The translations under genes were made by a program, and so were the position numbers. Below, one piece after another: positions 28,006 to 40,906 of a stretch of DNA of 64,000 nt. Every line of letters begins with the position of its first letter. Position 1 is the stretch's first letter. The notes under the pieces are model-generated. The model made no database searches. It saw only the letters and a program-made list of their open reading frames with translations, and was not told where the DNA came from. Source of the DNA: Octopus sinensis (Eukaryota); NCBI RefSeq assembly GCF_006345805.1, contig NC_043001.1:80972001-81036000 (forward strand), given 5' to 3'.

Positions 28006-28433
28006 ATCCATGCAGAAAAATACAATGATGTCATTACAAATCTGGGAAATACATTTTTTTTAAAGAAACACTCGATGCCCCTTCCCCCACCTTGCCCATC
28101 CATCACCTACCCACTTTCAAAAAGCTAAAGCCTCCCAATGTCTCACTTTTGTCTGATGTTTCACACTTGCATAGAATTGTACTGAAATAGCAGACGTAAA
28201 GAATACCAGAAAACCCATCATGCTAGAAAAACAGGTAAATGAAATTTCTGAAGAAACTTCTCTGTTATCCAAAAAGCTAAAACCGAAACATAGAAAGTTT
28301 GTAGCTTTTTGAAAGTGGTGAGGTGATGGGTGGATGTTTAGATGTTTAGGAAGGAGATTTTAGTTTGTCTTTAAGAAAAAAGGAAAATTAAAATTCTTAA
28401 AGATTTGTACTCAGTATTTTTCTCTCTGTGGAT
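28006..28433. repeat. Old inverted repeat / foldback element (arms ~28006-28127 and ~28302-28433)
   Basis: CCATCCATCACCTACCCACTTTCAAAAAGCTA pairs with TAGCTTTTTGAAAGTGGTGAGGTGATGGGTGG; weaker collinear matches extend outward. Confidence 0.75.
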
Positions 28434-30136
28434 TACCTAGAAAAAAATTTGGGAAAAAGTAAAAATGAAGAAATTTAAGTGGGGAGGGAAAAAATAAAAA
28501 TATTGAGAACATGTTTTTTGGGCAAAATCCTAATCTCCTGTATAAAAAACATAGGAATTGGAAGAAATTTAGGAAAGAAATAGGGTGGAAGGTGGAAATG
28601 CTAGAAACAACAGGTAAAGGACAGGATCTCTGTGAAAACTTCCTTTTAAGTTTATATCAAAGACAGGTTCTTAAATACACTCATCACAAACATAAATTAC
28701 AGAATAAAAAAAGGTCATTTTGATTGGATTTGAGCTGTAATTTTGCACGCAGGTGTTATATTCCAAAACCTCCAACAGAAATAATTAAAATCTAAAAAAA
28801 TCTAAATGCCTGTTGGCTGCTGGAATCCACAGTATTCTGAGGAAACTGCAATATAAATTTACATATATTAACCAGGAAAATCCTCGATGTACTGAGTATG
28901 TGATAGGTGGACCACTATATGGCAAGGAATTACTGTAATTCAACTGAACTTTTACCTAGAGTGTGTGTGTGTGTGCCAAAGGAAGTTATTTTATGGGATT
29001 CTTTGAAGAGAGCAGAAATTGAAAGGGAGGAGAAAACGAAAAGTCAACATTTGCTTTGAAGTAAGAGGAGAAGGTGAAAGATGTATGTATGTGTAGTTGT
29101 GGTTTTATTTTAATACAATATTTATGTGTTCATTTTCATAAATGTTTGTCTGAGTAGAATTCTATGCATGCATGAAACATCAGACAAAAGTGAAACATAA
29201 GTAGTAAATCGAAATATTGCCTGAAAATGACCCCGAAATTGTGCGACCTGACCTTGTTTCGAAGGTTATTTTAGTAGTAAAAAGGTGTTTTTGTGCCAAA
29301 AACATAGTTTATTTGGTAGGCCTTATATAATATATGTAGATAGATTATAAGCAGCTTTCTTTATTATAGTACAGTTACAACTAATTTCGTTGCCGAAAGA
29401 TTACTGAATCTTTTGAGACATCATACGTCAAAATTGACAACTCAGTTTTTGAATGCATAAGGAACATACAGACATATAATAATTCTCTTTCATATATATA
29501 TATATAGATAGATAGATAGATAGATAGATAATATATACCATATATAATAATGTATACTTTGATGACAAATATACAAGTATCTATTTTTTCTGAGTTATGG
29601 GTTCTTAGGTAACTATAGATAGATAGACAGACAGACAGATAAATGTCCATCTTTTGTAGTAGCTTGGATTAGAAATTTTAAAAGCTGTTTGCTAGCTGAA
29701 AAGTAGCAATAGTCTATATACTCTTCTATTAAAATGACAATTGAACGAGGAATCTCAAACTCTGCAAATTGCTGCATGGTTCAATGAACATGTACGTTCC
29801 TTTCTTTTATTGTTTGAAAAATACATAAAAAGATAAGTGATAACGGATTGCCAAATAAACTAGCGTATGTCACTCCTGAGTTAAATCCATTGATTAATTT
29901 CTTTATTAATAATTTCTTCTTCACCCCCACCCCATTCATCACCACTTCTCATCATATACTTTCTCTCTCTCTCTCTTTCCTTCCTTTACCCCTTCCTACT
30001 CTTCTTTGTACTCTTCTGCTGTATCATTTCCCCCCCCCCCACATGACGTGTTCATTTATGTTTCCAGTTTTCTTCCACCTGCCCCAAACCTCCTCTCTTT
30101 TTATGCTCTCTCGCTCTCTTCATTTATTGTGATTGC

Positions 30137-30174
<38 letters not shown>

Positions 30175-31983
30175 CATGCTCACACACACAGGTATATGCG
30201 TGAGTGTGTCTTAGTGTATGTTTGTGCATGCACACGTGCTTGCATGTAATATATCTAGTTGAATGACATTGAATTTTAATGAATAAATATATCACCCCTA
30301 TTACAGCTATATATATGTATATAAACACATATACATAAACACACGTGCACACATCTGTGTGTGTGTGTGTGTGTATGAAAGAGAGGGATGTGTATATGTA
30401 TACACATAGGCTTAGATTTTATCTTGCCTTTTGCCTTCTGTTTCATAATCCCTACCTACACACACTTATGTATGTACACATCGTGGGATACATAATAGTC
30501 CCCAGCATATGCTTCTATTATTATTTATTAAACCATGTGATTTATGGAGTGCAAGCAAAGAGAGAGAGAGCCAGACCCAGCTCTAGGATGGGGCAGGGGC
30601 ATATTCAATCTATAATGCGATAGGATCCCTATTTGTCCAACATCAAATAGCCAATCTAGCTCACTGCAATCACTCTCTGTTAAGTTTTTCTCCACCACCC
30701 TGCTATCCTCTCTCACACCTACCTACACCATGATTAAGTGATGTTAATCATGTTATTATGCTTTATTCTGATATCAGACGCTGAACATTGGCATCTCTAT
30801 TGATATACTAGACTACAGTGGTAGTTGTTGTTGTCAACATTGTTGTTATGGTAGTTAAGGCCTTGCCAATCCCAGTAATTGGCTCTGATTCCTCGTCTTT
30901 TTTGTTGTTCATTCTCCCTAGTGGCTTTTGTCATTTTTGTTATGTAGTCTAGATTACCTGTAATTGTACCGACCTAGGATCCAGTCCTGTCTTAAAGGAC
31001 AGGCACACTGAGAAGTTGCTTGGGAGTGTTTCTACGGCTGGATGCCCTTCCTAACGGCAACCACTCTGTGAGTGTAGTGGGTGCTTTTTACGTGCCACCG
31101 GCACAGTACATAAAAACCATAGGGCCCAGTGCCTTGATTTATCCAGTGACTTCACAGCTCTAGGAGTCTAATTCTTATGATTTACGGTTCTTGAGCCATG
31201 CCGATTCATACGGACTGGTTTCCATGGCATATAAACTCACCACCTAGACGGAATGCCAGTCCATCACATGATTACTCATTTTTGCCAGCTGAATGGACTG
31301 GAGTAATGTGAAATGAAATGTTTTGCTCAAGAAGACAACGTCGCCTGGTCCAGAAATCAAAACAACACCCTAACCACTAAACCATGCACCTCCACTATGT
31401 ATGATACAACTTCTTGTCATTAAATAAATACTATAGGGCCCAGTGTAGTGATTGACCCAAGGGCCTTGCAGCTCTAGGGACCCAATTCTGATATTTATAT
31501 TTTGGGGCTTGCTATCAGTAAATAAATACTATATGGCAAAGACATTCTAGTAATCACCTTCCCATCTTATTCAAATACAAATCATCATTTTATGCTCATT
31601 TTCCACTATAGTATGGGTTGAATAGATCATCATTGGTCCAAGTGTTACTGAGCTCCTGGACAGGTTGGGGCTATATCTCACTCTAACATGGTTTCTATAG
31701 CTGGATGCCTTCTCTGTCACCAACCATTGTACAATGCGCACATAGCACCTGCTCTACAGTAAGTCATCTTGTTCTCAGCAAGATTAATCCTTTTACTGCA
31801 GAAAGCAGGCATATCCACTCAAAAGTTTCTTTATCCTTAACTGTGGAAATCAGATTTATATACCAATCCATCCTTAGTTGAGGAATGTCATGTTTGAAAC
31901 CGTATTCTGTTGCGATATGTCAAGTTCATTTAGGCAACGTGACTTACAGAAAATACCAATTCTGTTGTTTGGTAGATATTCAA

Positions 31984-32178
31984 CCCTTTTGTTACCATAT
32001 TTCTGTTGAACTACTTTGCATTTGTTTGAATTAATTTTGGAAAAATATCTTGATCATTATTAAAGTGATAATTGGAACGTAAATTAATAAGGAATATTAT
32101 TGTGAAATTTTAATTTAAACTACTATATATATTAAGTGTCTATCATAGAAGCAGGAGCATTCTTTTATTTAGAAAGGG
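31984..32178 (+). mobile_element. TTAA-type MITE family 1
   Basis: CCCTTTTGTTACCATATTTCTGTTGAA...GAAAGGG followed by TTAA. Confidence 0.75.
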
Positions 32179-32364
32179 TTAAGCAGGGATATGCAGCTAT
32201 TGTTTATTGCAAATCATGTGGCAATATGCAGAATCCCTTGTTTGTTCATTATTAGTAGTGGTTGTGCTGCTGAAGTATTGGTTGGTTCAACCACTTAGGC
32301 TACTGATTTTATAATTATTGGTAGTGATTGGTGAAGGTGGAGTGCTATTGCTGCTCTTATATCT

Positions 32365-32875
32365 TGTCTTTGTCATTAGACTGTGGCCATGCTGGAGCAT
32401 CGTTTTGATGGCTTTAATCAAACCAATTGACTGCAGTATTTTTTATATAGGCTTGGCACTTATTCTGTCATTCTCTTTTGCTAAACTGCTTAGTTACAGA
32501 GATGTAAACAAACCAACACCAGTTGTCAAGTAGTGGTGAAGAAAAACACAGTTGTGCATTCTTCCACAGCACACACACTCACACACTCATACACACACAT
32601 CAGATTGAGCCTGGTGCAGCCTTCTGGCTGACCAGTCCTCAGTCAAACCATCCAACCCATGCCAGCAGCATGGAAAGCGGATGTTAAATGATGATGATGA
32701 TTATATATACACACACACACACGATGGGCTTTCTGTTCGCATCTACCAAATTCATTCACAAGGCTTTGGTTTGTCAGAGGTTTTAGTAGGAGACACTTAC
32801 CCAAGTTGCCTCACAGTGAGAGTGAACCCAGAACCTTGTGGTTGGGAAGCAAACTTCTAAGTACACAGCCATGTT
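32365..32875 (-). mobile_element. SINE family B with a family C 3' fragment inserted in its central microsatellite
   Basis: Matches 22735-23129; insert CAACCCATGCCAGC..GGATGTTAAATGATGATG at ~32600-32700. Confidence 0.75.
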
Positions 32876-33169
32876 AGTAATAGTTATTACATAAAGTTAT
32901 TACTTCTGGTTAATGCTCTAATTTGAGAAGAAAAACAACTTAGCTGCCTGATACAGTGTTTGTATTCATTTATTTCATTTAAGTCATACATTCATTTATC
33001 AATCAGCTGAACTAGTGGTGTTCAAGTGATTGAGACATGGGTGGGGGGCCTACTATGCAAAGCTTGTTTGACCCTATTTACTCCATTATTGAAAAGAGTT
33101 GCATGACAAATTGTCTGAATGACAACGCTATTAAAGTGGTTAATATGTAATTGATTTTCTCAATGATGT

Positions 33170-33608
33170 GTTGGCTGAACTGTTAAAACATCAGTAAAAA
33201 TACTTTGTGGTATTTTATTCTTGCTCTTTTTGTTCTGAGTTCAAATATCACTGAGGTTGAGATTACTTTTGTCCTTTCAGGTTTGATGAAATAGGTACAC
33301 ATTGAACACTGGTGTTGGTGTAATCAACTTCCCCTTCCTCTCAAAATTATTGACCAAGTGCCAAGATTAGAATTATCAATATTATTATTTTTCTACAGCA
33401 GCAAACTGGCAGAATCATTAGCATGCTGGGCAAAATGCATATCAGTATTTTGTCAGTCTTTATATCCTGAGTTTAAATGCTGCTGAGGTCAACTTTGGCT
33501 TTCATGCTTTCAGGGTTAATAAAATAATTACCAGTTGAGCACTGGGATTAATGTAAATCAACTTACCTCCTCTCCCAAAATTACTGGCCATGTCCTAAAA
33601 TTTGAAAC

Positions 33609-33650
<42 letters not shown>

Positions 33651-33870
33651 CATTATTAAAGCGATGAGCTGGCAGAATTGTTAGCATGCTGATGAAATGC
33701 TTAGCGGCATTTTGCCTGTCGCTACGTTCTGAGTTCAGATTCTGCTGAGGTTGACTTTGCCTTTCATTCTTTCAGGGTTGATAAATTAAGTACCATTTAC
33801 ACACTGGGATCGATGTAATTGACTTAGCCCCACCCCCAAAATTTCAAGCCTTGTGTCTATGGTAGAAAGG

Positions 33871-33921
<51 letters not shown>

Positions 33922-34395
33922 ATCATAAACATGGCAAGCTGGCAGAATCATTATGTGTCTGACAAAATGCTTTGCTGCTTTTCATTTGGCTCTTTACATT
34001 CTGAGTTCAAATTCCACCAAGGTTGTCTTTGCCTTTCTTCCTTTAGGGGCTGATAAAATAAGTACCAGATGAGCATTAGGGATTGATGTAATTGATTACC
34101 CCTCCCCTGAAAATTGCTGACTTTGTTCTAAAAATGGAAAGAATTATTTAATTGCAAAGGTGGTAAGCTGGTAGAATCATTACCACATTGGGCAAAATGT
34201 GCAATCACATTTCTTTGTGGTTCTTTATGCTCTGTGTTCAAATCTTGCTGAGGTCAACTTCTCCTTTCATACTTTCAGGATTCATTAAAATAAAGTACCA
34301 TACAAGTACTACTGGTGATAATGATATCAACAAATTGTATTGACTAATACCCTTCTCCACAAAACTGTTGAACTTCTACCTAAATTGAACCATTT
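33170..34395 (+). mobile_element. Array of five head-to-tail SINE family A copies separated by (ATT)n
   Basis: GCTGGCAGAA-type heads at ~33174, 33405, 33668, 33938 and 34168, each followed by GAGTTCAAAT and AAGTACCA-like blocks; (ATT)n at ~33380, 33610-33650 and 33872-33918. Confidence 0.88.
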
Positions 34396-34704
34396 AATTG
34401 ATTTTTCAATTGTTACAGCTTAATAGATGGAAGGCAAACGAAAAAACAAACAAACAAAAAAACTACATAAAACTACACATCACCAATGAGGGATTCCTTG
34501 TAGGTGGGAGGGGGTGCTATTGCTATTTCAGGGCTCTGAAATATTACAGAGATGGAACAAATAGGTACAAATTTAATTTAGTGGTTGTGGTGTTAATGAT
34601 GGTGGTAAGAGCATGAGAGAAAGAGGAGGGCAAATTGTGTGAATTTGTGGTTAGAGTGTGTATAATTATTGCGTACAGTAGCAATGTTAGTATTGGTGGT
34701 GGTG

Positions 34705-34749
<45 letters not shown>

Positions 34750-35989
34750 ATAGTTATGATTGTTATGGGGATGGCATTAGTTGTGGTGGATATGGGGTTA
34801 GTTATGATGGTAGTTTTAGTAACAATGCATTGTGGGAAGTATAGCAGAGGTGTAAGTTGGTGTTGGTAGTGGATGGTAATGGCAATGGTGGTATTGTCGG
34901 TGGTGGTTGGGTAATGGTAGGGGATAAGATGTCTTAATGGGTGGAAATTATTTGTGATTATGATGTATGTGGTGGGTGTGGTGTAGGGGCATAATTGCTG
35001 TAGTGACAGTGAAAGGTGTTGGTGGTGATGGTAGTATAACATTCAAGCTGTTTATGGCAGGTGGTCATGTGACACTGATGGTAGTGCTACTGATGTGGGT
35101 GTTGGTGACAGTGGTGGTGGTGGTGATGAAGAAACCGATGATGGTGATGTCATCGGATATCGAGTGGCTTTGATGTGATTACTGTAGTGTTTTGATGTTT
35201 ATAGTAACCGCAACACAACAAACAGAAACTGTATCTCCCTCCCCACTCTCCTTCCTCTCCCCCACACCCTTCCACCACCTTGTCTTCTTCAGTACTTTGT
35301 CATTCATTCTTGTGAAAGAGAGAGAAACCGACAGACAGACAGGCAGAGAAGAGGAGAGACAGAGCATTAGCTATGTCAATCTCTCTTAGTTGCAGACATT
35401 TATCATCTTGATATTTTTATTTATTACTTACTGGTTCAGACTGTAACCATGACGATATCAATGACACAGTGATAAGGGGTGGGGAGATAGATTTTGATGG
35501 GTGAAGGTTTGGGATGGGGTTCTTTGTGTGAGTAAGGAGAATGAGAATATACCTCCAGCCCTGTTGTTATTGACAACAGATTTTCCTTGTGTGTGTGTGT
35601 GTGTGTGTGTTTCTCCATCAGCTGCTGTCACTTAAGTAATTACTTTTAATTTATTTTTAGGTAGTGATGGTGGTGGTGATTATAATGGGGGCATTCACAA
35701 TGAATTAGAGGGTGGTGATATTATAGTTCAGCTTTAGTTTAGTTCTGATGGCAGATCTATGATCAAAAGGAGTTCCCAAATTTGACCATCCATCTTTTTT
35801 TTTTCTTTTCTTTTCTTAATTCAAACATTTAAAGGTAAACATTTGTGTACTGAGAGTGCCACGGTACTCCATCTCTGAATGTAGGAACTGATTTCTCATC
35901 AGGCAGTGAAGCAGCTATGTAGGTGTTTTACCCTCTTCCACTGTAACATCAGAGCTGCCCTGGGCCATCCAACAATGCTGGTGACAAAA

Positions 35990-36320
35990 GTTCTATTCAA
36001 TAGCACAAACTTTATTGAGTGATTCTGGGCCAAATGTTTCTACCATCCTCAGTTTCAATCTTGCTGTAGTGCTCATCCTCTCTTTTGAGCCAGTTTTCGG
36101 ACATATTGTGAACCCCGATTCCAGCAAATTCTCTAATGCCTATCTCTACAAGAAGGCACATTGCCTTCCAACCATTGCTTTCCCTGAGTTCAGCCAACTC
36201 ACTGTATTTCTTGTCTTCCCTAAGGAAAGCAATTTTTTGATCTTCACTTCTCAGGGAACAGTCTGCTCTATCATCTTTACCATTTTCTTTCCCTCGCACT
36301 ACATCTTTTGGTGGCAAAAT
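35990..36320 (-). mobile_element. Remnant restriction-like endonuclease (REL) region of a HERO/NeSL/R2-group non-LTR retrotransposon
   Basis: Two frames give PKDVV..KKMVKMIEQTVP*E then AFLREDKKYSELAELRESNGWKAMCLLVEIGIREFAG, matching the PD..IELTVPWE..K..KY..L...GW....VEVG.RG pattern; frameshifted with a stop. Confidence 0.78.
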
Positions 36321-36619
36321 GTGGTAAGTTGATATTTAACATAAAGGTCAACAGAAAACTCTCAAGTTCCTTCCATTTTGGATCATTCTTCTTCCTTACC
36401 ATATTTAATGGCATAAAAGGCACGCATTCATATTAGACACACTGCAATATCAGCAATGCATATTCAAAGAAAAAAAAAATGGTTTTTAGAGAGACCCAGC
36501 TTTAATATATAAAAGCAAGGGTGATTTCCTCAACCCTTTTCTTTCATCTTTTTTAAAAAAAAAAAAAAAAGCATCTAATGTGATATCAGATACGGTTGTT
36601 GTCTAATCTTTTATCTTTT

Positions 36620-36960
36620 ATCTTACTTGTTGCTGTCATTGAACTGTGCCTAAAGGGTTTTTAGTCAAACAAATCAACCCCATGTTTTTTATTTGTTTTT
36701 ATAAGTCATGATGTCTGGTATTTATTCTATATCTCTCTTTTTGTGAAGTAGTAGTGTGAGTGGAAGACCAAATTACACATACATACATGCATACATATAT
36801 ACATGTATACTTACATACATACCTATATACATTCATGCATGACGTCTGGTACTTATTCTGTTGATCTCGTTTGCTAAATAGTTTATGGAGACATAAACAA
36901 ACCAACACCAATTATCTGGCAGTGTTGATGTGTGAACAATCACAACACACATGTGAGTGT

Positions 36961-37057
<97 letters not shown>

Positions 37058-37245
37058 AATATATATTTTTATATATGCAGTGGGTTTCCCCACAATTTCC
37101 ATGTACCAAATTCAGATTCACTCACAAGGCATTGGTTGTCCAGAAGCTATAGCAGATGAAAAAACATTTCCCCAAGGTGCTGTGCAGTGGGACTGAACTC
37201 AAAACCACATGGTCCCAAAGCAAGCTTCTTGGCCACACAGTCCTG
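36620..37245 (-). mobile_element. Degraded SINE family B with expanded internal (CT)n(AT)n
   Basis: CACTCACAAGGC..CCCAAGGTGC..GTGGGACTGAAC..CCACACAG head and GGTACTTATTCT tail blocks. Confidence 0.7.
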
Positions 37246-38026
37246 CCTTCTTAAAAAAAAAAAACAATCAACTTCCAACCATCATTTAATTCTAAGTTCT
37301 TACTAACCCTTTGATTTTTTCCTTTCCTTTCTCTTTTATAACAATCCAGTAATCATCATAAAATCATCATAATCACATCCATGGTCATCATAATGACATC
37401 CATGATCATCGTAATGGCTTCCGTCTTCCATTTAAGAGGAAAGCTTAATATCCCTCTTTATCATTTTAAACTTAGATACTTGGACCATTAAAATTTCCCA
37501 ATGTACGTATGTATGTTTGAGTGTGTATGTACATGTAGAAGCACAAATGTATGTGTATATAAATGTGACAAGTAGCAAAATTGTTCTTTCCCTTTCATCA
37601 TCATCATCACCATCGTAATCATCCCCATATTCCTCAACATCATTATCATTATTGTCATCATCATCATTACCACCTTCATCGTAATCATTATTGTCATCAA
37701 GGTGGTTTATCATTGATACCATTGCCATCATCACCATCATCGTAACCATTACCAATATGTTCATCCTTATGACCATCACCATCATCTTCATCATCATCAC
37801 CATCATTACTATTATCATCGTCATCCTCATCAGCACTATCCGCACCTTCAGATCATCATCATCATCATCATGGAAGCTAATACCAACTAAATTACTTTTA
37901 TAATCTTAGATTTATTAGTTTCCAGAACCAACCAATGTCAGGGAATCTTTTGAACAGTGTGTGTATGTGTATGGATTGGTTTTGTATGTATGTCTTTGTC
38001 TGCTAAGATAGGAGTCTTTGATGTTT

Positions 38027-38081
<55 letters not shown>

Positions 38082-40268
38082 TAGCAGCAACAATAACAAT
38101 ACCTTCATCACAAATACCATTAGAAACACTGTGAACACCAAGAACACTGCCACAAATAAAACCAAAAACAAGAATATAATAGGAGTAAAAAAAACACCGC
38201 CAAAGACGAACATTACCACCACAACCAACACCATCACCAAGATCACTCCTGCCACCACTACGAGTACACCACCACTACCACCATTGCCACCATCACCATC
38301 ATCGCCACTGCCACTATCATCACCATCACCACCATCATTGCCACCACTACTATCATCGCCTTCACCACCATTACCACCTCCACCACTGCCACTACTACCA
38401 GCCTCACCACCACTACCACCATCGCCACCTATTACTATTGCCATCGCCATCATCACCACCATCACCACTGTCACCATCATCCCTATCACCACTACAATCA
38501 TTTTCTCCTCACCGTTATTACTGAACAATAATAATAAATGAAGAGTGTAACAAACTAACAAATACCATGTACCACTTATACCACCAAGAAGTATCATACC
38601 CTTCTACAACCACTATCACCACAATGACTGCAATTTCTTCCTATGGCCTGTAACAACAAGTACCATACACTACATCTACCATCACCACCACCACCATTTA
38701 CTATCTCCCACTACCATCATTGTCCCCATCATCATCATCACCATTATCATTATCATCACCAGCATTAGCATCATCATCATCCATACACATACCAATCACC
38801 ACTACCCCCACCATAACAATGAACACTATTGCTTCCTCTCACCACCACCACTACAACATAAATCACTACCTCCCACAATTCCCCACCATCACTGCTATAT
38901 TGCTCCACCTTCTTCAGAACTTTGGTAAATTACCTGCCTGTTCATTGATTCATCATTGTTATTATTGTTGTTATTGTTGCTGTTGTTGTTATTGCTGTGG
39001 TTGTTGCTTAATATACTAGAATCCATTAAAGTGGCTCGCTCCTCCTCATGTAGCCTTGTGTCTGCATTGCTAGTCATCATCATCATCATCATACTCATCA
39101 ATATCATCACTATCATTAATTATCATCATCACCACTGTCACTACCACCACCATCATCATCACTACCACCACCACTACCATCATCATCAGCATTATCATCA
39201 CCATTGCCATCACCACCATCATCATTACCTTTTAGCAATAATTGTCAGAACAGTTTCTTGCAAGAGAAAGGCTCTCTTTGTTGTTGTTGTTTGTAGTTTA
39301 ATTCTTTGAATTTTAGAATTGGTAGCACTGATGAAAGGTTGTTTGTGGTTGGTGGATATAGTACCGTTACTAGTTAAGCAAAGCTTATTGAACACTTCAA
39401 AATTACTATTTTCATCATTTTGTTTTTTCTCTTTATTTTTTATTTGGTTTGCTTTTAGCTTAAATTTAAAAAAAAAACAATAATAAACAGAAAAATAAAA
39501 ATGAAAATTACAAACCAATTATAAAACAAAAACAAAAAACAAGTGAACATTGCCCCCTAGAAGTCCATTTTTCTTATATGGGTTAAATATAAAGTATATG
39601 CATGTATGGGCACAAATGCATTGATGCTCAACCACATGCACATTTGTATATACGTAAATGTACATGTATGTGTGTGTGTGTGTATATATATACACACACA
39701 TACACACTCAGATGTAAATATCAAACAATGGGAATGAATGCTCAACACCAAAAGTCATTCCTTTTGATTTCTTGTTTTTGTTTATCAAAAGTTCTCATGA
39801 GACTTTATGGTGACTTCCCATGATTTTTTTGTGTTTTAATCTAAAATGGAGATAATTTTCCTATGTGATCGCATTGAAGAATTTTTCAGATATTTCTTAA
39901 CATGAAACTAAGGACACTCTAAATACACAAATAAAATGTGTGTATATATATATACAGTTATACATACAACTACAGTTGAGTTTAGAGTTCCATGTAGATT
40001 ATCATCATCCATTCTGCTTCCAGTATAGTGGCTTGGTTACTACCAAACTTATACATATTACTGGTGATGATAGACTGAGCCTCTATATATCATCATAATG
40101 CAATAATGTGTTTCATAGATGATTCATTGTAGTTAAGCATCAATGCAGAGGTAGAAAGTAACCATAATGGTACTTAGAGAACAAATGATATAAACTTGTG
40201 TTTATTATAATTTCTCATTCATACATTCACGGGGGAGCACATAGGTACAAAACAAAGTGATGAAAATA

Positions 40269-40367
40269 GTACTTGATTACCAAAGGTAGAGTAAAATAGT
40301 ATTTTATTTGAAGCTGAAAAGATTTCATAAACTGCCACTCAGTTTCATATGACCAATCATGACAGTT
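40269..40367 (-). mobile_element. Decayed hammerhead-bearing terminal repeat related to the 46311-46447 terminus
   Basis: Minus strand reads AACTGT-CATGA-TTGGTCATAT-GAAAC-TGA-GT-G-GCAGTT, then AATAAA..TTTTACTCT..GTA..AGTAC as in the intact element. Confidence 0.6.
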
Positions 40368-40371
40368 ATTA

Positions 40372-40408
<37 letters not shown>

Positions 40409-40497
40409 ATTGTCTTCAACAGGATTTGAACTTAGAACATGCAGCTGGCAGAAATGCTGCTAAACATTTTGTCTGACATAGTAACAATTCTGCCTGC

Positions 40498-40535
<38 letters not shown>

Positions 40536-40712
40536 CCTTTCTACTAAAGCCACATGGCCTGAAATTTGGTGGGGATGGGACATGTTGATCACATCAACCC
40601 CAATGTTTGACTGGTACTTAATTTATCAACCCCAAAAGGAATTTGAACACAGAACATAGTGACCAACGAAATACTACTAAGCATTTTGCCCACCTTAATA
40701 ATAATAATAATA

Positions 40713-40745
<33 letters not shown>

Positions 40746-40906
40746 CCTTTCTACTAAAGCCACATGGCCTGAAATTTGGTGGGGATGGGACATGTTGATC
40801 ACATCAACCCCAATGTTTGACTGGTACTTAATTTATCAACCCCAAAAGGAATTTGAACACAGAACATAGTGACCAACGAAATACTACTAAGCATTTTGCC
40901 CACCTT
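40536..40906 (-). repeat. Exact tandem duplication (period 210 bp) of an internally deleted family A SINE between (AAT)n tracts
   Basis: 40536-40696 is identical by eye to 40746-40906. Confidence 0.92.

Noticed and set aside
28248-28310. CTGAAGA...GAAACA...TGTA hammerhead-like string
   Set aside because: Flanks (GAAATTT / GCTTTTT) cannot form stem I and no stem II is evident
30538-30547. TGATTTATGG Pbx/Hox composite site
   Set aside because: A single AT-rich 10-mer is plausible by chance in 64 kb on two strands, with no supporting context
33170-34395. Repeat-spacer appearance suggesting a CRISPR-like array
   Set aside because: Units are ~200-bp diverged SINEs with microsatellite linkers; eukaryotic context and no cas genes
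35895-35962. Minus-strand GCAGCT-CTGATGT...AAAAC...AGCTGC and a nearby CTGATGA downstream of the REL remnant
   Set aside because: Two core mismatches and no stem III or NUH site, so it cannot be called a ribozyme
37938-38597. Gly-rich/hydrophobic 219-aa ORF and antisense Pro-rich ORF
   Set aside because: Derived from (ACC/ATC)n trinucleotide tracts and (CA)n; similar tracts recur at 1-350, 14940-15200, 22320-22560 and 34690-35150
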